DNA of 34,944 bases. Source: an uncultured Nitrospirales bacterium (lineage in GTDB: Bacteria > Hydrogenedentota > Hydrogenedentia > Hydrogenedentales > GCA-2746185). Each line of letters starts with the position of its first letter. Position 1 is the stretch's first letter. The notes beneath the pieces are model-generated. The model was given only the letters and a program-made list of their open reading frames with translations, did no database searches and was not told the DNA's origin. A program made the translations under genes and the position numbers. Location of the stretch: positions 1 through 34,944 of the forward strand of contig CAYUZD010000001.1 in the NCBI GenBank assembly GCA_964449475.1. The letters run 5' to 3'. Shown here in pieces: positions 23,853-34,944 of this stretch.

Positions 23853-25442
23853 GTGTCCCGGCGCTGGTCGAGGCGCATCGCGCACGGCACCCCCTACGCC
23901 GCCATACTGCTGATCGCCGCCGCGGGGCTCGTGGTGCGATCGGCCGAACTCGAATACCGGCCGGTGCACGGGGACGAAGCGAACCAGGCGTACAAGGCCG
24001 GGAAGCTGCTCGATACGGGGCGGTACGTCTACGATCCCCACGACCACCACGGGCCGACGCTGTATTACCTCGCGCTCATTCCGTTCTACCTGACCGGCAC
24101 GAATTCGCTCGCCGATGCGGATACGTGGATGGTGCGGATCGTGCCGGTGGCGTTCGGCGCGGGCCTGATCGCGCTGCTCGCATTGGCACGCCGCGAGATC
24201 GGCACCGGCAGCGCGATCTGCTCGGGACTGATCCTGCTCGCCTCTCCCGCGTTTACGTTTTACTCCCGATACTTCATCCAGGAGACTTTGCTCGTCTTCT
24301 TCACGTTCGCCGCAATCGTGTTTGCCTTGCGGTATCTGCGGAGTCCGCGACTCGGATGGGCCATCGCGTTCGGAATCGCAATAAGCCTGATGCATGCGAC
24401 GAAGGAAACGACCGTCCTTGCCTACTCGGCGATGGCGGTGTCTGGTGTCGTTGTGTGGATGCTGCACGGCCGCACGAAGGATAAAGAGAGCGAGACCACG
24501 CAACCTTCGCTGCGCCATGGCGTGGCCGCAATCGGGGTAGCGCTCGCCGTCAATGTGGTGTTGTTCAGCGCGTTCTTCACGCACTGGCGCGGTCCGCTGG
24601 ACAGCGTCCTCACGTATGCAAACTATTTCGATCGTGCCTCCGGAAGCCACATCCATGACAAGCCGTGGTACTACTACCTCTCGCTGTTGTGGTACACGAA
24701 GCGCGCGCCGGGGCCGTGGTGGAGCGAGGGGCACGTGCTCGCGCTGGGGTTGGCAGGAATAGTTCTCGCGTTCATGCGGCCGCCGCGCGGCACGGAGGAC
24801 GCCGCGCCGTTCGCCCGGTTTCTCGCGCTGTACACGTTGCTGCTTGCAATCGCGTATTCAGTGATCCCCTACAAGACCCCGTGGAGCATGTTGAGTTTCT
24901 ATTTCGGTATTGTCTTGCTCGCGGGGATGGCCGTGTCACGCGCAGTCCACGTGGCACCTGCCGGGTGGCGCCGGGCGCTGGTGGTCATTGCGTTCGGGCT
25001 CGTGTTGACGCACCTAAGCGTTCAATCCTGGCGCGCGGAGACCGTCTACGCGGCAGACGTCCGCAATCCCTATGTATACGCGCATACATCGACGGCGTTG
25101 GTGCGCTTCGTCGATCAGGTCGAGGGCATCGCGGCGTCGAGCCCATCGGGCCGGAACGTGTCTATCAAGATCATTCAGCCTGATGCCGACTACTGGCCGC
25201 TTCCGTGGTATTTGCGCCGCTACCCTAACCTTCACTATGTCCATGGCGTACCGGAAGACGCCGACGCGGACATCGTGATAGTCGACCCGAGACTCATCGA
25301 CTCCGTATCCACAAGTTTCCAGGACGAGTACTTCGGTCCGTTCACCGCGGGCCTGCGTCCCGGCGTGCTGCGCGCCGTGTTCGTACGCGAGGACCTCTGG
25401 GAGGCGTACATGGACTCGCGCGGTGCCGTGTCCGACGACTAG
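23853..25442 (+). CDS. GT-C fold membrane glycosyltransferase (ArnT/PMT GT39/GT83-like, TIGR03663-type)
   Basis: 529 aa, ~11 TM segments, early periplasmic-loop motif VHGDEANQAYKA and a large C-terminal soluble domain. GTG start 12 nt after the discoidin gene stop. Confidence 0.7.
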   Translation: MSRRWSRRIAHGTPYAAILLIAAAGLVVRSAELEYRPVHGDEANQAYKAGKLLDTGRYVYDPHDHHGPTLYYLALIPFYLTGTNSLADADTWMVRIVPVAFGAGLIALLALARREIGTGSAICSGLILLASPAFTFYSRYFIQETLLVFFTFAAIVFALRYLRSPRLGWAIAFGIAISLMHATKETTVLAYSAMAVSGVVVWMLHGRTKDKESETTQPSLRHGVAAIGVALAVNVVLFSAFFTHWRGPLDSVLTYANYFDRASGSHIHDKPWYYYLSLLWYTKRAPGPWWSEGHVLALGLAGIVLAFMRPPRGTEDAAPFARFLALYTLLLAIAYSVIPYKTPWSMLSFYFGIVLLAGMAVSRAVHVAPAGWRRALVVIAFGLVLTHLSVQSWRAETVYAADVRNPYVYAHTSTALVRFVDQVEGIAASSPSGRNVSIKIIQPDADYWPLPWYLRRYPNLHYVHGVPEDADADIVIVDPRLIDSVSTSFQDEYFGPFTAGLRPGVLRAVFVREDLWEAYMDSRGAVSDD

Positions 25443-26176
25443 AGGGATCCGGTTGCGCGGTACGCTCCGCGCCAGGACCGGACGCGTACGCGCAGGACCT
25501 CGCGAATCATCACGAGCGTATGGCGAATCGGGCGTACGCGTGTGTCGGTTGAGTTAATCCACCGGACGGGTATCTCGACGACGCTGAAACCCTGTTGTTG
25601 CGCGGCGACGAGGAGTTCGCAGTCGGCGCCGAACCCGTCGATGACCAGCCTCGGGACGACGCGATCGCTCACGGCGCGGTCGAATGCCTTGAACCCACAT
25701 TGCGTGTCGCGAAAAGCCGTCAACCCAAGCACTCGCAGCAGCGTGTTGTACACGCGGCCCATAATGCGGCGGTGCCTGGGCTGTGGCACTTCGACGCGAC
25801 TGCCGGGCAATGCGCGGGATCCAATCACGACCGAGGCGCCCTTCGCGAGTTCTGCCCACACACGTTCGACTTCTTCGATCGGGGTCGACGCGTCGGCGTC
25901 GTAGATGAGACAGACCTCGCCGCGAGCGGCCCGCACCCCCTCGCGCGTGGCGTAGCCTTTGCCGCGATTTTGCGCATAGTGCACGACGCGAACGCCTGGG
26001 AACGCCTTCGACACAACCCCTGCCGTATCGTCGCCGCTTCCGTCGTCCACGACGATGATCTCGAACGCATAGGGTTGGGCGCGCAGATATCTCTCGGCCT
26101 TCTCGATGGTCGCGGACACCCTCGCGGATTCGTTGTACGTGGGGATAATGAGCGACAAACGAGGGGCGGGATTCAT
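25439..26176 (-). CDS. family 2 glycosyltransferase, polyprenyl-phosphate hexosyltransferase-like
   Basis: LSLIIPTYNES, IIVVDDGSGDDT, DAD and QCGFKAF motifs. ATG 26176 gives the canonical N-terminus; the track start at 26368 adds 64 atypical residues. Confidence 0.85.
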   Translation of the reverse strand: MNPAPRLSLIIPTYNESARVSATIEKAERYLRAQPYAFEIIVVDDGSGDDTAGVVSKAFPGVRVVHYAQNRGKGYATREGVRAARGEVCLIYDADASTPIEEVERVWAELAKGASVVIGSRALPGSRVEVPQPRHRRIMGRVYNTLLRVLGLTAFRDTQCGFKAFDRAVSDRVVPRLVIDGFGADCELLVAAQQQGFSVVEIPVRWINSTDTRVRPIRHTLVMIREVLRVRVRSWRGAYRATGSL

Positions 26177-26327
26177 GCGGACGGCGGCCAATGGGTTCGA
26201 AGCTTCGGAAAGAGCCGAACTGTAACAAATCGGGGGAGGCCGGACAACGGCGCCCCGCCGCTGTTGGGCGCCTTTTTTCCGCGCTTGCGTGCATATACAA
26301 TGCCAGGGCAGGTACGGAGCGGCTCGC

Positions 26328-26993
26328 ATGGACCCCTCGGACGGCGCACCCACCCTCGAACGCGGCATTCAGCCCCGGCGTCAACCGATGCAGCAGCGCA
26401 GCCGGGACCGCGTCGAGAAAATACTCGACGCCGCCGCGCAGTTGCTCGCCGAGGACGGCTACGACGCGGTGAAGACCAATGCGATCGCGGCGCGGGCCAA
26501 GGTGTCGATTGGGTCGGTCTACCAGTTCTTCCCGAACCGGTTCGCGATTTTCAATGCACTCGCGGAACGCTACCGGTCGAAGATCAGCGAGTCGTTGCGC
26601 ATCCACCTTGCGCCGGCGACGATCGACGATTGGGACGAGGCGCTCGAGAACACGATCGACAGTCTGGCGACGCTGTGGCGGACGGATTGGGCGTTCCACT
26701 CGGTATGGCTGGCCATTCAGAACACGGCGGAGCTGCGCGACTCGAGCGAACACTATCGCAGCGCGCTCATCACCAGTCCGCTTGCCGAGTTCCTGAAGCG
26801 GCTTCTGCCGGGGCTGCCTCGCAACCAGATTCTGACGATGGGCCGCGTGATTCTCGAGACGAGCAACCTTTTACTCGACCTCTCGATGCGCGGCGGACCG
26901 AATCAGGACGAGTCCATCATCGACGAACTCAAGTTCGTCCTGCATCGGTACATCCGGGGTCACATCGAGGCGGCGCGCGCGCCGCGCTCCTGA
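26328..26993 (+). CDS. TetR/AcrR-family transcriptional regulator
   Basis: RDRVEKILDAAAQLLAEDGYDAVKTNAIAARAKVSIGSVYQFFPNR is the TetR HTH signature. GGAG lies 8 nt before ATG 26328. Confidence 0.85.
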   Translation: MDPSDGAPTLERGIQPRRQPMQQRSRDRVEKILDAAAQLLAEDGYDAVKTNAIAARAKVSIGSVYQFFPNRFAIFNALAERYRSKISESLRIHLAPATIDDWDEALENTIDSLATLWRTDWAFHSVWLAIQNTAELRDSSEHYRSALITSPLAEFLKRLLPGLPRNQILTMGRVILETSNLLLDLSMRGGPNQDESIIDELKFVLHRYIRGHIEAARAPRS

Positions 26994-26994
26994 A

Positions 26995-27318
26995 TCACCC
27001 GGCAGCGAGCCACATCATCGCGGCGATCACGAACGCGTTCAGAAACAGCGCCAGATACCCCACGGACAGGCCGAACGTCGCCATGGATTCGTTGCGGTAC
27101 GTGCCAGGCGACCGGCGGAACTGCCGCCGCGCGAGGTGACCGGCCACGATGGCCGGCACAAAGCACAAGACGAGATAGACGAGCCCCTGAGCGAACTGAC
27201 CTAGCAGCAGACCCAGGATTGAGACGACGGCGAATACGAAACTGGCCAGCGCGAACCGCGAGAATGGCCGGGGACCGGCACCGGCGGCGCGCAGGAGTAC
27301 GTTGGCCGATTCATCCAT
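26995..27318 (-). CDS. small integral membrane protein, DUF4190-like
   Basis: 107 aa with two or three hydrophobic helices. Starts 24 nt downstream of secDF on the same strand. Family assignment is tentative. Confidence 0.5.
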   Translation of the reverse strand: MDESANVLLRAAGAGPRPFSRFALASFVFAVVSILGLLLGQFAQGLVYLVLCFVPAIVAGHLARRQFRRSPGTYRNESMATFGLSVGYLALFLNAFVIAAMMWLAAG

Positions 27319-27342
27319 CCGTGCGCCGCGCGAGCCCCGGGC

Positions 27343-29946
27343 CTACGCCTCCTTAGCCTTGCGTTTGGGGCCCTTGCCGTCCTCGTCACGGTTCCCGCGC
27401 ACCTTGTCGCGCCAATTCTGCCACGCGATGACCACGGGCGACGCTACGTAGATGGACGAGTATGTGCCGATGACAATGCCGAGAATCAGGGCCAGCGAGA
27501 ACGGCTGCAACTCTTCGCCTCCGAAGAAGTACATCACGATGATGACGATCATCGTCGTAACCGAGGTTAGGAGCGTGCGACTCAGCGTGCGGTTCAGACT
27601 TACGTTCAGACTCTCGACGAACGACAACGCGCGTCCGCGATGCTGCGCCAGATCCTCGCGGATACGGTCGAAGACGACGATTGTGTCGTTCAGCGAGTAT
27701 CCGATGATCGTGAGAAGCGCGGCGATGACGGGAATGGTGATTTGTTGTCCGAGCGCGGACATGACGCCCACGACGACGAGCAGGTCGTGTCCCATCGCGA
27801 CCACAGTCGCGAGGGCGTACTTCCACTCGAAGCGGAACGTGAGATACGCGATGATGAACAGTATCGCGTAGAGCACGGCGTTAAGCGCATCCAGACGAAG
27901 CTGTGCGCCGACGGCCGGGCCGACGGTCTCGACGGAGAGCAGTTCAACCTCCTGATCCAGCTCGACCGACGCGGGGTTCGCGGACAGCGGCAGGAGGGCC
28001 TTCTGAAGCCGGGTCGAGACTGACTCGTCGTCGATCTGTTCGGACTCCGTCACGCGGATCAGAAACGTGCTATCGCTGGCAACGCCTTCCATTTCGAAGT
28101 GTTGTACCTGGGGCGTGTCGAAACCGGCCGCCGCCAGCGCATCGCGCACTTCGCCGTCAACCACTTCGCGATCGGAATGGATCTGAATACGCGCGTTGGT
28201 GCCGGTGCGGAAGTCGACGCCGAAGTTCTCGTCGCCGCGCATCGCGAAGACCGCGATACCCGCGATCGTGATCACGATGCTGAACAGAATCGCGATGCGG
28301 CGTTTGCCCAGGAAGTTGATTTTCGGCTCGAGCGGAATCAATTCGGTCATCGAGAAGCGCGAGACCCACTGGCGTTCCGCGACCAGTTCCATCACGGCGC
28401 GCGAGAACACGAGGGCCGCGAACAACGTCGTGATAACGCCGATCGCGAGTGCTACGGCGAATCCCTGGACCGCGCCGGTGCCGAATTGCAGGAGCACCGC
28501 GGCGGCGATGAGGTTGGTGATGTTCGAGTCCAGGATGGCCGATGCGGCGTTCTGGAATCCCGATTCGACGCAGTTGGCAATCGACTTGCCCATCCGCTGT
28601 TCCTCGCGGATGCGCTCGTAGATGAGGACGTTAGAGTCCACGGCCATCGCGATGGTGAGCACCATGCCGGCGATGCCGGGCAGGGTCAGGGTAATGTCGA
28701 AATACGCGAATGCGGCGAGCAGCGTCAACCCATTGAACAGCAACGACAGCACTGCGATGAACCCGGCGAACCGGTACCACGCGATAACGGTGATGATGAC
28801 GAGCACCAACCCGATGACCGACGCATTGACTCCGTTGCTGACCGCCTCGCGGCCGATGGAGGCGCCAACGATGGCCGCGTACTCCTCGCGCACGTCCACC
28901 GGGAGGGAGCCGGAATTGAGCACGATCGCGAGATCTTTGGCCTCGTCCGCGGTGAAACTGCCGGTGATGTTGCCCGAACCCGATATCGCGCTTTCGATGG
29001 TTGGCGCGGACATCACGTTGTCGTCCACGACGATGGCCATCGCGTTTCCGATGTTGGATTGCGTGAGTTCCCGGAACTCACCCGATGCTTCGCCGTCGAA
29101 CTGGAAAATAATGAGCCAGTTTCCCGGACGGCGATCGTCCGGGCGCGCGACGGCCGACGTGAGTCCCTCGCCGGACATCCGCTCCTCGCGGTCCATGACG
29201 TAGATCTCGTAGTACTCCGGATCCCACGGGTCAGGCGGCGGGCTGAACGCGATGGTCTTGTCCGCCGGGACGAGTCCCGGAGTATTGATGGCTTCCTGGA
29301 CGACGCGGCTGACCAACTCGAAATTGTCAACGGTCACGCGAAACGGCGCGCCGCGGTCCTGCGGGCGCTCGAGAAACGGCACGAACCCGTTGTTAAACCG
29401 TGCGTCGATCTCGCTGAACAGCGCGATGGTCTCCGCCGGGCCGGCGACAATGTGAAACCCGAGGTGCGCCGTCTGGGTGATGATGTCCTTGGCGCGCTGG
29501 ATGTCCTTCTGGCCGGGCAGCTGAATCTGGATCTGATTAGTGCCGAGGGACTGGATCAGCGGCTCTTTCGCCTCGAACTCACCGATGCGGTTCGTGATGT
29601 TTTTGAGGACGATGTCCTGAACGTCGGCTTCGGCGAGCCCTCGGTCCGTCATCTCTTGGGTCATGTCAAACCCGACGACCATCAGGACGCCGCCCTGAAG
29701 GTCGAGCCCGAGGTTGATCACCATATCGCGGTTGAACTCGGACCACTTGCGCACCCCGTGCATCGTGCGCTCGATGATGCCCGCACCCTCGCGGCGCATT
29801 GTCATCTCGTCTTCGCGCCATTTCTCGATGCGCGCCTGCTGCTCCACCTCATCGAGGCCATACCAGCCGATGGTCGGATAGATATTCACGAGTGACAGGA
29901 CCACGGCGGCGGTGATGAGCAGCGTGCGTCCGAGATGTTTTCGCAT
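27343..29946 (-). CDS. secDF: fused protein-export membrane protein SecD/SecF
   Basis: 867 aa. SecD part (LGLDLQGG, periplasmic P1 domain, AVDSNVLIYERIREE) is followed by the SecF part (YSLNDTIVVFDRIRE). Confidence 0.92.
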   Translation of the reverse strand: MRKHLGRTLLITAAVVLSLVNIYPTIGWYGLDEVEQQARIEKWREDEMTMRREGAGIIERTMHGVRKWSEFNRDMVINLGLDLQGGVLMVVGFDMTQEMTDRGLAEADVQDIVLKNITNRIGEFEAKEPLIQSLGTNQIQIQLPGQKDIQRAKDIITQTAHLGFHIVAGPAETIALFSEIDARFNNGFVPFLERPQDRGAPFRVTVDNFELVSRVVQEAINTPGLVPADKTIAFSPPPDPWDPEYYEIYVMDREERMSGEGLTSAVARPDDRRPGNWLIIFQFDGEASGEFRELTQSNIGNAMAIVVDDNVMSAPTIESAISGSGNITGSFTADEAKDLAIVLNSGSLPVDVREEYAAIVGASIGREAVSNGVNASVIGLVLVIITVIAWYRFAGFIAVLSLLFNGLTLLAAFAYFDITLTLPGIAGMVLTIAMAVDSNVLIYERIREEQRMGKSIANCVESGFQNAASAILDSNITNLIAAAVLLQFGTGAVQGFAVALAIGVITTLFAALVFSRAVMELVAERQWVSRFSMTELIPLEPKINFLGKRRIAILFSIVITIAGIAVFAMRGDENFGVDFRTGTNARIQIHSDREVVDGEVRDALAAAGFDTPQVQHFEMEGVASDSTFLIRVTESEQIDDESVSTRLQKALLPLSANPASVELDQEVELLSVETVGPAVGAQLRLDALNAVLYAILFIIAYLTFRFEWKYALATVVAMGHDLLVVVGVMSALGQQITIPVIAALLTIIGYSLNDTIVVFDRIREDLAQHRGRALSFVESLNVSLNRTLSRTLLTSVTTMIVIIVMYFFGGEELQPFSLALILGIVIGTYSSIYVASPVVIAWQNWRDKVRGNRDEDGKGPKRKAKEA

Positions 29947-29987
29947 GTACGACTCCGTCCTTGAGGATGCGCGCGTGCGCGTCCGGT

Positions 29988-31710
<1,723 letters not shown>

Positions 31711-31752
31711 TTATACACAAGTCATTCCGCGCCAATCGCTTATAACACGGCC

Positions 31753-33132
31753 TCATTTACCGATACAAAACGAAGCGAACACCCGATCGAGTATGTCGTC
31801 CGGGGTCGTCTCCCCTGTGATTTCGCCGATGGCGTCCAGCGCCTCGACGAGGTCGATGCCGAGAAACTCGGGGGAGCGGTCGAACCTCTCCTCGACCCGG
31901 CGTACGGCGTCCAACGCGCGGCGCAGGCTGTCTTTCTGATGCAGCCGTGTGACGAGCGCCTGGTCGGGCGCCGTTGCCGGCCCGCCCCGGAGCTGGGCGG
32001 CGACTGCGCGTTCCAGATTTTCCAGCCCGGCACCGGTTTGGGCCGATACGCGACACGTTTGGTCCGCAGCGATTTCAGGAACAGACGCGTTCTGTGCGCT
32101 CGAGACGTCGATCTTGTTCACTACGAGCAATGCGGGAATGCCCAGTCGGACCAATTCGCGCGCCAGCACGCGATCGGCTTCGATCACTCCCTCCACCGCG
32201 TCGACGACGAACAGCAACAGCGCGGACTCCGACACGGCACGCCGCGCGGATTCGACACCCATACGCTCTACTTCGTCCGACGACTCGCGAATGCCCGCCA
32301 TGTCGGTGAGTCGGACGGGAATCCCGTCGATGAGGGCGGTCTCCTGGAGGACGTCGCGCGTGGTACCGGCATGCGCGGTAACGATGGCGCGCGAATCACG
32401 CAGCAGCGCGTTGAACAGGCTCGACTTTCCGACGTTCGGCCGGCCGGTGATGGCGACCGTGGCGCCTTCGCGCAGCAATCGTCCGGCATCGGCGGTCTGG
32501 AGCAGCCGTTCCATCTTCGCGCGCGCGGACGCCACCGCAGCCAGCAATTCGGGCGCGACTTCGCCGGGCACATCCTGATCGGGAAAATCGATCGCCGCTT
32601 CGATGTGTGCCTTCGCTGAAACAAGGATTTCGCGAATGGCGTGGATCTCCCGCGAGAGGGTCCCGCGCGCGGCGGCGGACGCGGCAGCCAGCGCGGCGCG
32701 GCCCTGTGCGCGAATGCGATCGATGACGGCCTCGGCCTGCACAAGATCGATGCGCCCGTTGAGAAACGCGCGGCGCGTGAACTCGCCGGGGCCGGCCAGC
32801 CGTGCGCCCTGGCGCAGCACGGCATCGAGCACGGCGTGCAGCGGACCCGCGCCGCCGTGGCAGTTGATCTCGACGACGTCCTCGCGCGTGTAGCTGTGCG
32901 GCGCGCGCATCACGTGAAGCAGGACTTCGTCCAGCACGGTCTCGTCATCGCGAATCTCGCCATAGAACACACGCCGATCGCCGTCGCCGGGTTTTCGGCC
33001 GGACGCACCATGGAAAAGCCGTCCCGCGATGGGGACGGCTTCGGGACCGCTGATACGCACGATGCCGATGCCGCCTTCGCCCGGCGGCGTGGCTATCGCG
33101 GCGATGGTGGTTTCACTTCTCGTCGGAGTCAC
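31753..33132 (-). CDS. mnmE: tRNA uridine-5-carboxymethylaminomethyl modification GTPase MnmE
   Basis: [22 protein letters not shown]-terminus, G-domain [16 protein letters not shown]-like (TDMAGIR), and the C-terminal FCIGK hallmark. GTG start. Confidence 0.92.
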   Translation of the reverse strand: MTPTRSETTIAAIATPPGEGGIGIVRISGPEAVPIAGRLFHGASGRKPGDGDRRVFYGEIRDDETVLDEVLLHVMRAPHSYTREDVVEINCHGGAGPLHAVLDAVLRQGARLAGPGEFTRRAFLNGRIDLVQAEAVIDRIRAQGRAALAAASAAARGTLSREIHAIREILVSAKAHIEAAIDFPDQDVPGEVAPELLAAVASARAKMERLLQTADAGRLLREGATVAITGRPNVGKSSLFNALLRDSRAIVTAHAGTTRDVLQETALIDGIPVRLTDMAGIRESSDEVERMGVESARRAVSESALLLFVVDAVEGVIEADRVLARELVRLGIPALLVVNKIDVSSAQNASVPEIAADQTCRVSAQTGAGLENLERAVAAQLRGGPATAPDQALVTRLHQKDSLRRALDAVRRVEERFDRSPEFLGIDLVEALDAIGEITGETTPDDILDRVFASFCIGK

Positions 33133-34465
33133 CGCTCGAATTGTCCGCGGTCACCGGCTCGGAATCATCGTCACCGTCGCCATAGCGCTTGAAATCCGGA
33201 TCGTTATCGTACTCGTCCGCGGGAATGTCCTCGGTAGCGTCGTCGATCGGCCCGGTCTCTTGCGCGCCGCCCTCGGACTCGTTCGCCGGCGCGATGACGA
33301 CGCGGCGGTGCAGACTGTTGCCGAGCGAGAACGTGCGCACATCGGGATCGCTTTCGAGCGCGAGGTGCACGATGCGGCGCTCCTGCGGATCGAGCGGCTT
33401 GAGGCGCAGTGCGCGTCCTGAGGTCTTGACCTTCTCGGCCATGGCGCGCGCCATTTCCTCGAGCTGTTCCTTGCGGCGCTTGCGGTAGCCCTCGATGTCG
33501 ATCAGGATGCGATCGACGGTGTCCTTCTCGTCGCCGCTGACGAAAATCCGGTTAATCAGGAATTGCAGCGATTCCAGGTTCTTGCCCTTGCGGCCGATCA
33601 GCATGCCGCCGTGCTCGGTCGTGACATCGAGCACCACGTTGTCGTCCTCGTTCAGACTGCTGCCGACAGTACCGGGCATGTCCATCTTCGCGAGGATTTC
33701 CTCGAGCAGCGATGCCGCGGCCTTGCCCAGCGCCTCGGCGGCTTCCTTATCGATGGGCTGCGTCCGTTCCTTGCGCGGCTTGGGGCGCGACGGCGCTTGG
33801 TTCTGTTGCGGCCGGCGCTGTTCATGCTGCCGATTCGGACGCCCGCCGCGGCCTCCGCCGCCCTCGCGGTTTCCACGGCCTTCGCCCCGCGGGGGCCGCC
33901 GATCGCCGCCGCCGCGCGGTTGCCGGTTTCCGCCGCCGTCGTGCGGCCGGCCGGAGCGCGGCCGATCCCGGTCACGATCGCGGTACTGATTCGGGCCGCG
34001 ATCCTGATCGCCCTCGCGGTTGGGGCGCGGGCGTTGTTGCTGGCGTTCTCCACCGGCGCCCGCGCCGCGCGACATCGGCTGCGGACCGCGGACCAGGTGC
34101 GGCTGGGGCCGGCGTTCCTGACCGCCTTGCTGGCCACCGCGTGCCGGTTGTCCGCCGCGCCCGCGGGGACCACGCCGACGCGTCTGGACGCGCGACCGCT
34201 GTTGCTGGTGCGTTGGCGGGCCGTCGATCCGATTGCCGATGTTGTCGTCGACGGCGCCTTCTTCATCGTCCTCGGTGATCACGCCGCCGGACAGGTGCGC
34301 CGCCTTCACGCGGACGTGCACGTCGCGCTGGCCGATGCCAAGGAACCCGGCGCTGCCTTCGTCGAGGATTTCGATCTCGACCTCGTCCAGTTCGCACCCG
34401 AGCTTGTCGAGCGCCTTCTGGATGGCATCCTTGCGAGTCTTCGCTGTCGTCTCCACTATCTTCAT
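33113..34465 (-). CDS. jag: Jag/KhpB RNA-binding protein (Jag_N + KH + R3H) with a long Arg/Gly-rich insert and an acidic tail
   Basis: [19 protein letters not shown] (Jag_N), KH ([19 protein letters not shown]) and R3H (ERRIVHLAL). GGGAGG RBS before ATG 34465. Sits between yidC and mnmE. The track start at 34591 is an extension. Confidence 0.85.
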   Translation of the reverse strand: MKIVETTAKTRKDAIQKALDKLGCELDEVEIEILDEGSAGFLGIGQRDVHVRVKAAHLSGGVITEDDEEGAVDDNIGNRIDGPPTHQQQRSRVQTRRRGPRGRGGQPARGGQQGGQERRPQPHLVRGPQPMSRGAGAGGERQQQRPRPNREGDQDRGPNQYRDRDRDRPRSGRPHDGGGNRQPRGGGDRRPPRGEGRGNREGGGGRGGRPNRQHEQRRPQQNQAPSRPKPRKERTQPIDKEAAEALGKAAASLLEEILAKMDMPGTVGSSLNEDDNVVLDVTTEHGGMLIGRKGKNLESLQFLINRIFVSGDEKDTVDRILIDIEGYRKRRKEQLEEMARAMAEKVKTSGRALRLKPLDPQERRIVHLALESDPDVRTFSLGNSLHRRVVIAPANESEGGAQETGPIDDATEDIPADEYDNDPDFKRYGDGDDDSEPVTADNSSGDSDEK

Positions 34466-34591
34466 TGCTGTCTTGCCTCCCTTGGCCCCACTGCGTTCGT
34501 CGGGGCGCTGTACGGCCGACGATGCCCTTGCTGCGTCCGGGAGCGCTTGCGGGACTCGAGCGCGCGAACGGACTGCGCGGCAGGCGGGCAT

Positions 34592-34944
34592 CTATTTCCG
34601 TTTTGGACGTTTTCGGTCGGCCTTGGCCATTTCCTTCTTACGCTGTTGAGCGCGGTCATAGAAATGCTGCGGCTTTTTCCGTCGAAGGACGGGCGCCGCG
34701 GACTTCACTGGGTTTGAGCCGGGCGATGGCGGACTGCCGCCGGCCGGAGCGGCAGGCGCGGGCACCACGGCCGGGCCGCCGATGTCGGTGACACGCACGA
34801 GCTGATTCTGCAGGATGCCGAGCAGCGTACTCGTGAGGATGTAGAGGTTCAGGCCCGCCGAGAATCCGTACGAGAACGCCATGAAGATAATCGGCATCAG
34901 CGTCATCATCATTTTCTGTTGCGGGTTCTGCATGCCGCCGGACG
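34592..34944 (-). CDS. yidC: membrane protein insertase YidC, C-terminal part (gene continues beyond window end)
   Basis: QQKMMMTLMPIIFMAFSYGFSAGLNLYILTSTLLGILQNQLV is the conserved last TM pair, followed by a basic C-tail. The frame stays open to nt 34944 (..SGGMQNP..). Confidence 0.85.
   Translation of the reverse strand, partial: SGGMQNPQQKMMMTLMPIIFMAFSYGFSAGLNLYILTSTLLGILQNQLVRVTDIGGPAVVPAPAAPAGGSPPSPGSNPVKSAAPVLRRKKPQHFYDRAQQRKKEMAKADRKRPKRK

Noticed and set aside
22965-24734. 589-aa minus-strand ORF, the longest unexplained ORF in the track
   Set aside because: It is antisense to the discoidin and GT-C genes, which have clear family motifs. Its translation is Arg/Pro/Gly/His-rich with no recognisable domain, typical of a high-GC shadow ORF.
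25554-27139. ORFs 25554..26753 (-) and 25595..27139 (+), 399 and 514 aa
   Set aside because: They span the GT2 gene, the intergenic spacer and the TetR gene in wrong frames or strands. Both are Arg-rich with no motifs.
28099-29895. 598-aa plus-strand ORF opposite secDF
   Set aside because: It is antisense to a gene with unmistakable SecD/SecF motifs. Its composition is dominated by R/D/E/G/H, so it is a shadow ORF.

Overview
GC-rich bacterial chromosomal segment. I saw no rRNA, tRNA, CRISPR array, transposase or integrase. About 36 protein genes are supported by family motifs recognised by eye; no database search was run, so every product call rests on motif or sequence memory. The left end holds a 5'-truncated PQQ dehydrogenase and the pntAA-pntAB-pntB transhydrogenase operon. 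The right end is the conserved minus-strand housekeeping block yidC(partial)-jag/khpB-mnmE, then tgt-yajC-secDF. Three features hint at a PVC/Planctomycetota-like organism, as inference only: a prepilin-like DUF1559/H-X9-DG protein, a Tat-signal Gfo/Idh/MocA oxidoreductase and a membrane ankyrin protein. Many long ORFs in the track are antisense or out-of-frame shadow ORFs typical of high-GC DNA and were rejected. Several track ORFs also carry spurious N-terminal extensions, and I give trimmed starts for those. Most interesting observations: (1) a tightly packed, partly translationally coupled minus-strand cluster (15972-22919) built around an OlsB-like/OlsA-like aminolipid acyltransferase pair. 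It also contains a DedA(VTT)::ATP-grasp fusion, an NRDE/TANGO2 homolog, a DinB protein, an alpha/beta hydrolase, an SDR and an FMN reductase, and is a candidate for an undescribed modified-aminolipid pathway. (2) A self-contained promoter, ~255-nt structured RNA and strong terminator upstream of pntAA that matches no RNA class I recognise. (3) An M20 amidohydrolase, RimB-like protease and RimK::RCK_C(TrkA-C) fusion module. (4) A discoidin protein, GT-C and GT2 envelope glycosylation module with a divergent TetR. (5) A Jag/KhpB carrying a ~150-aa Arg/Gly-rich insert.
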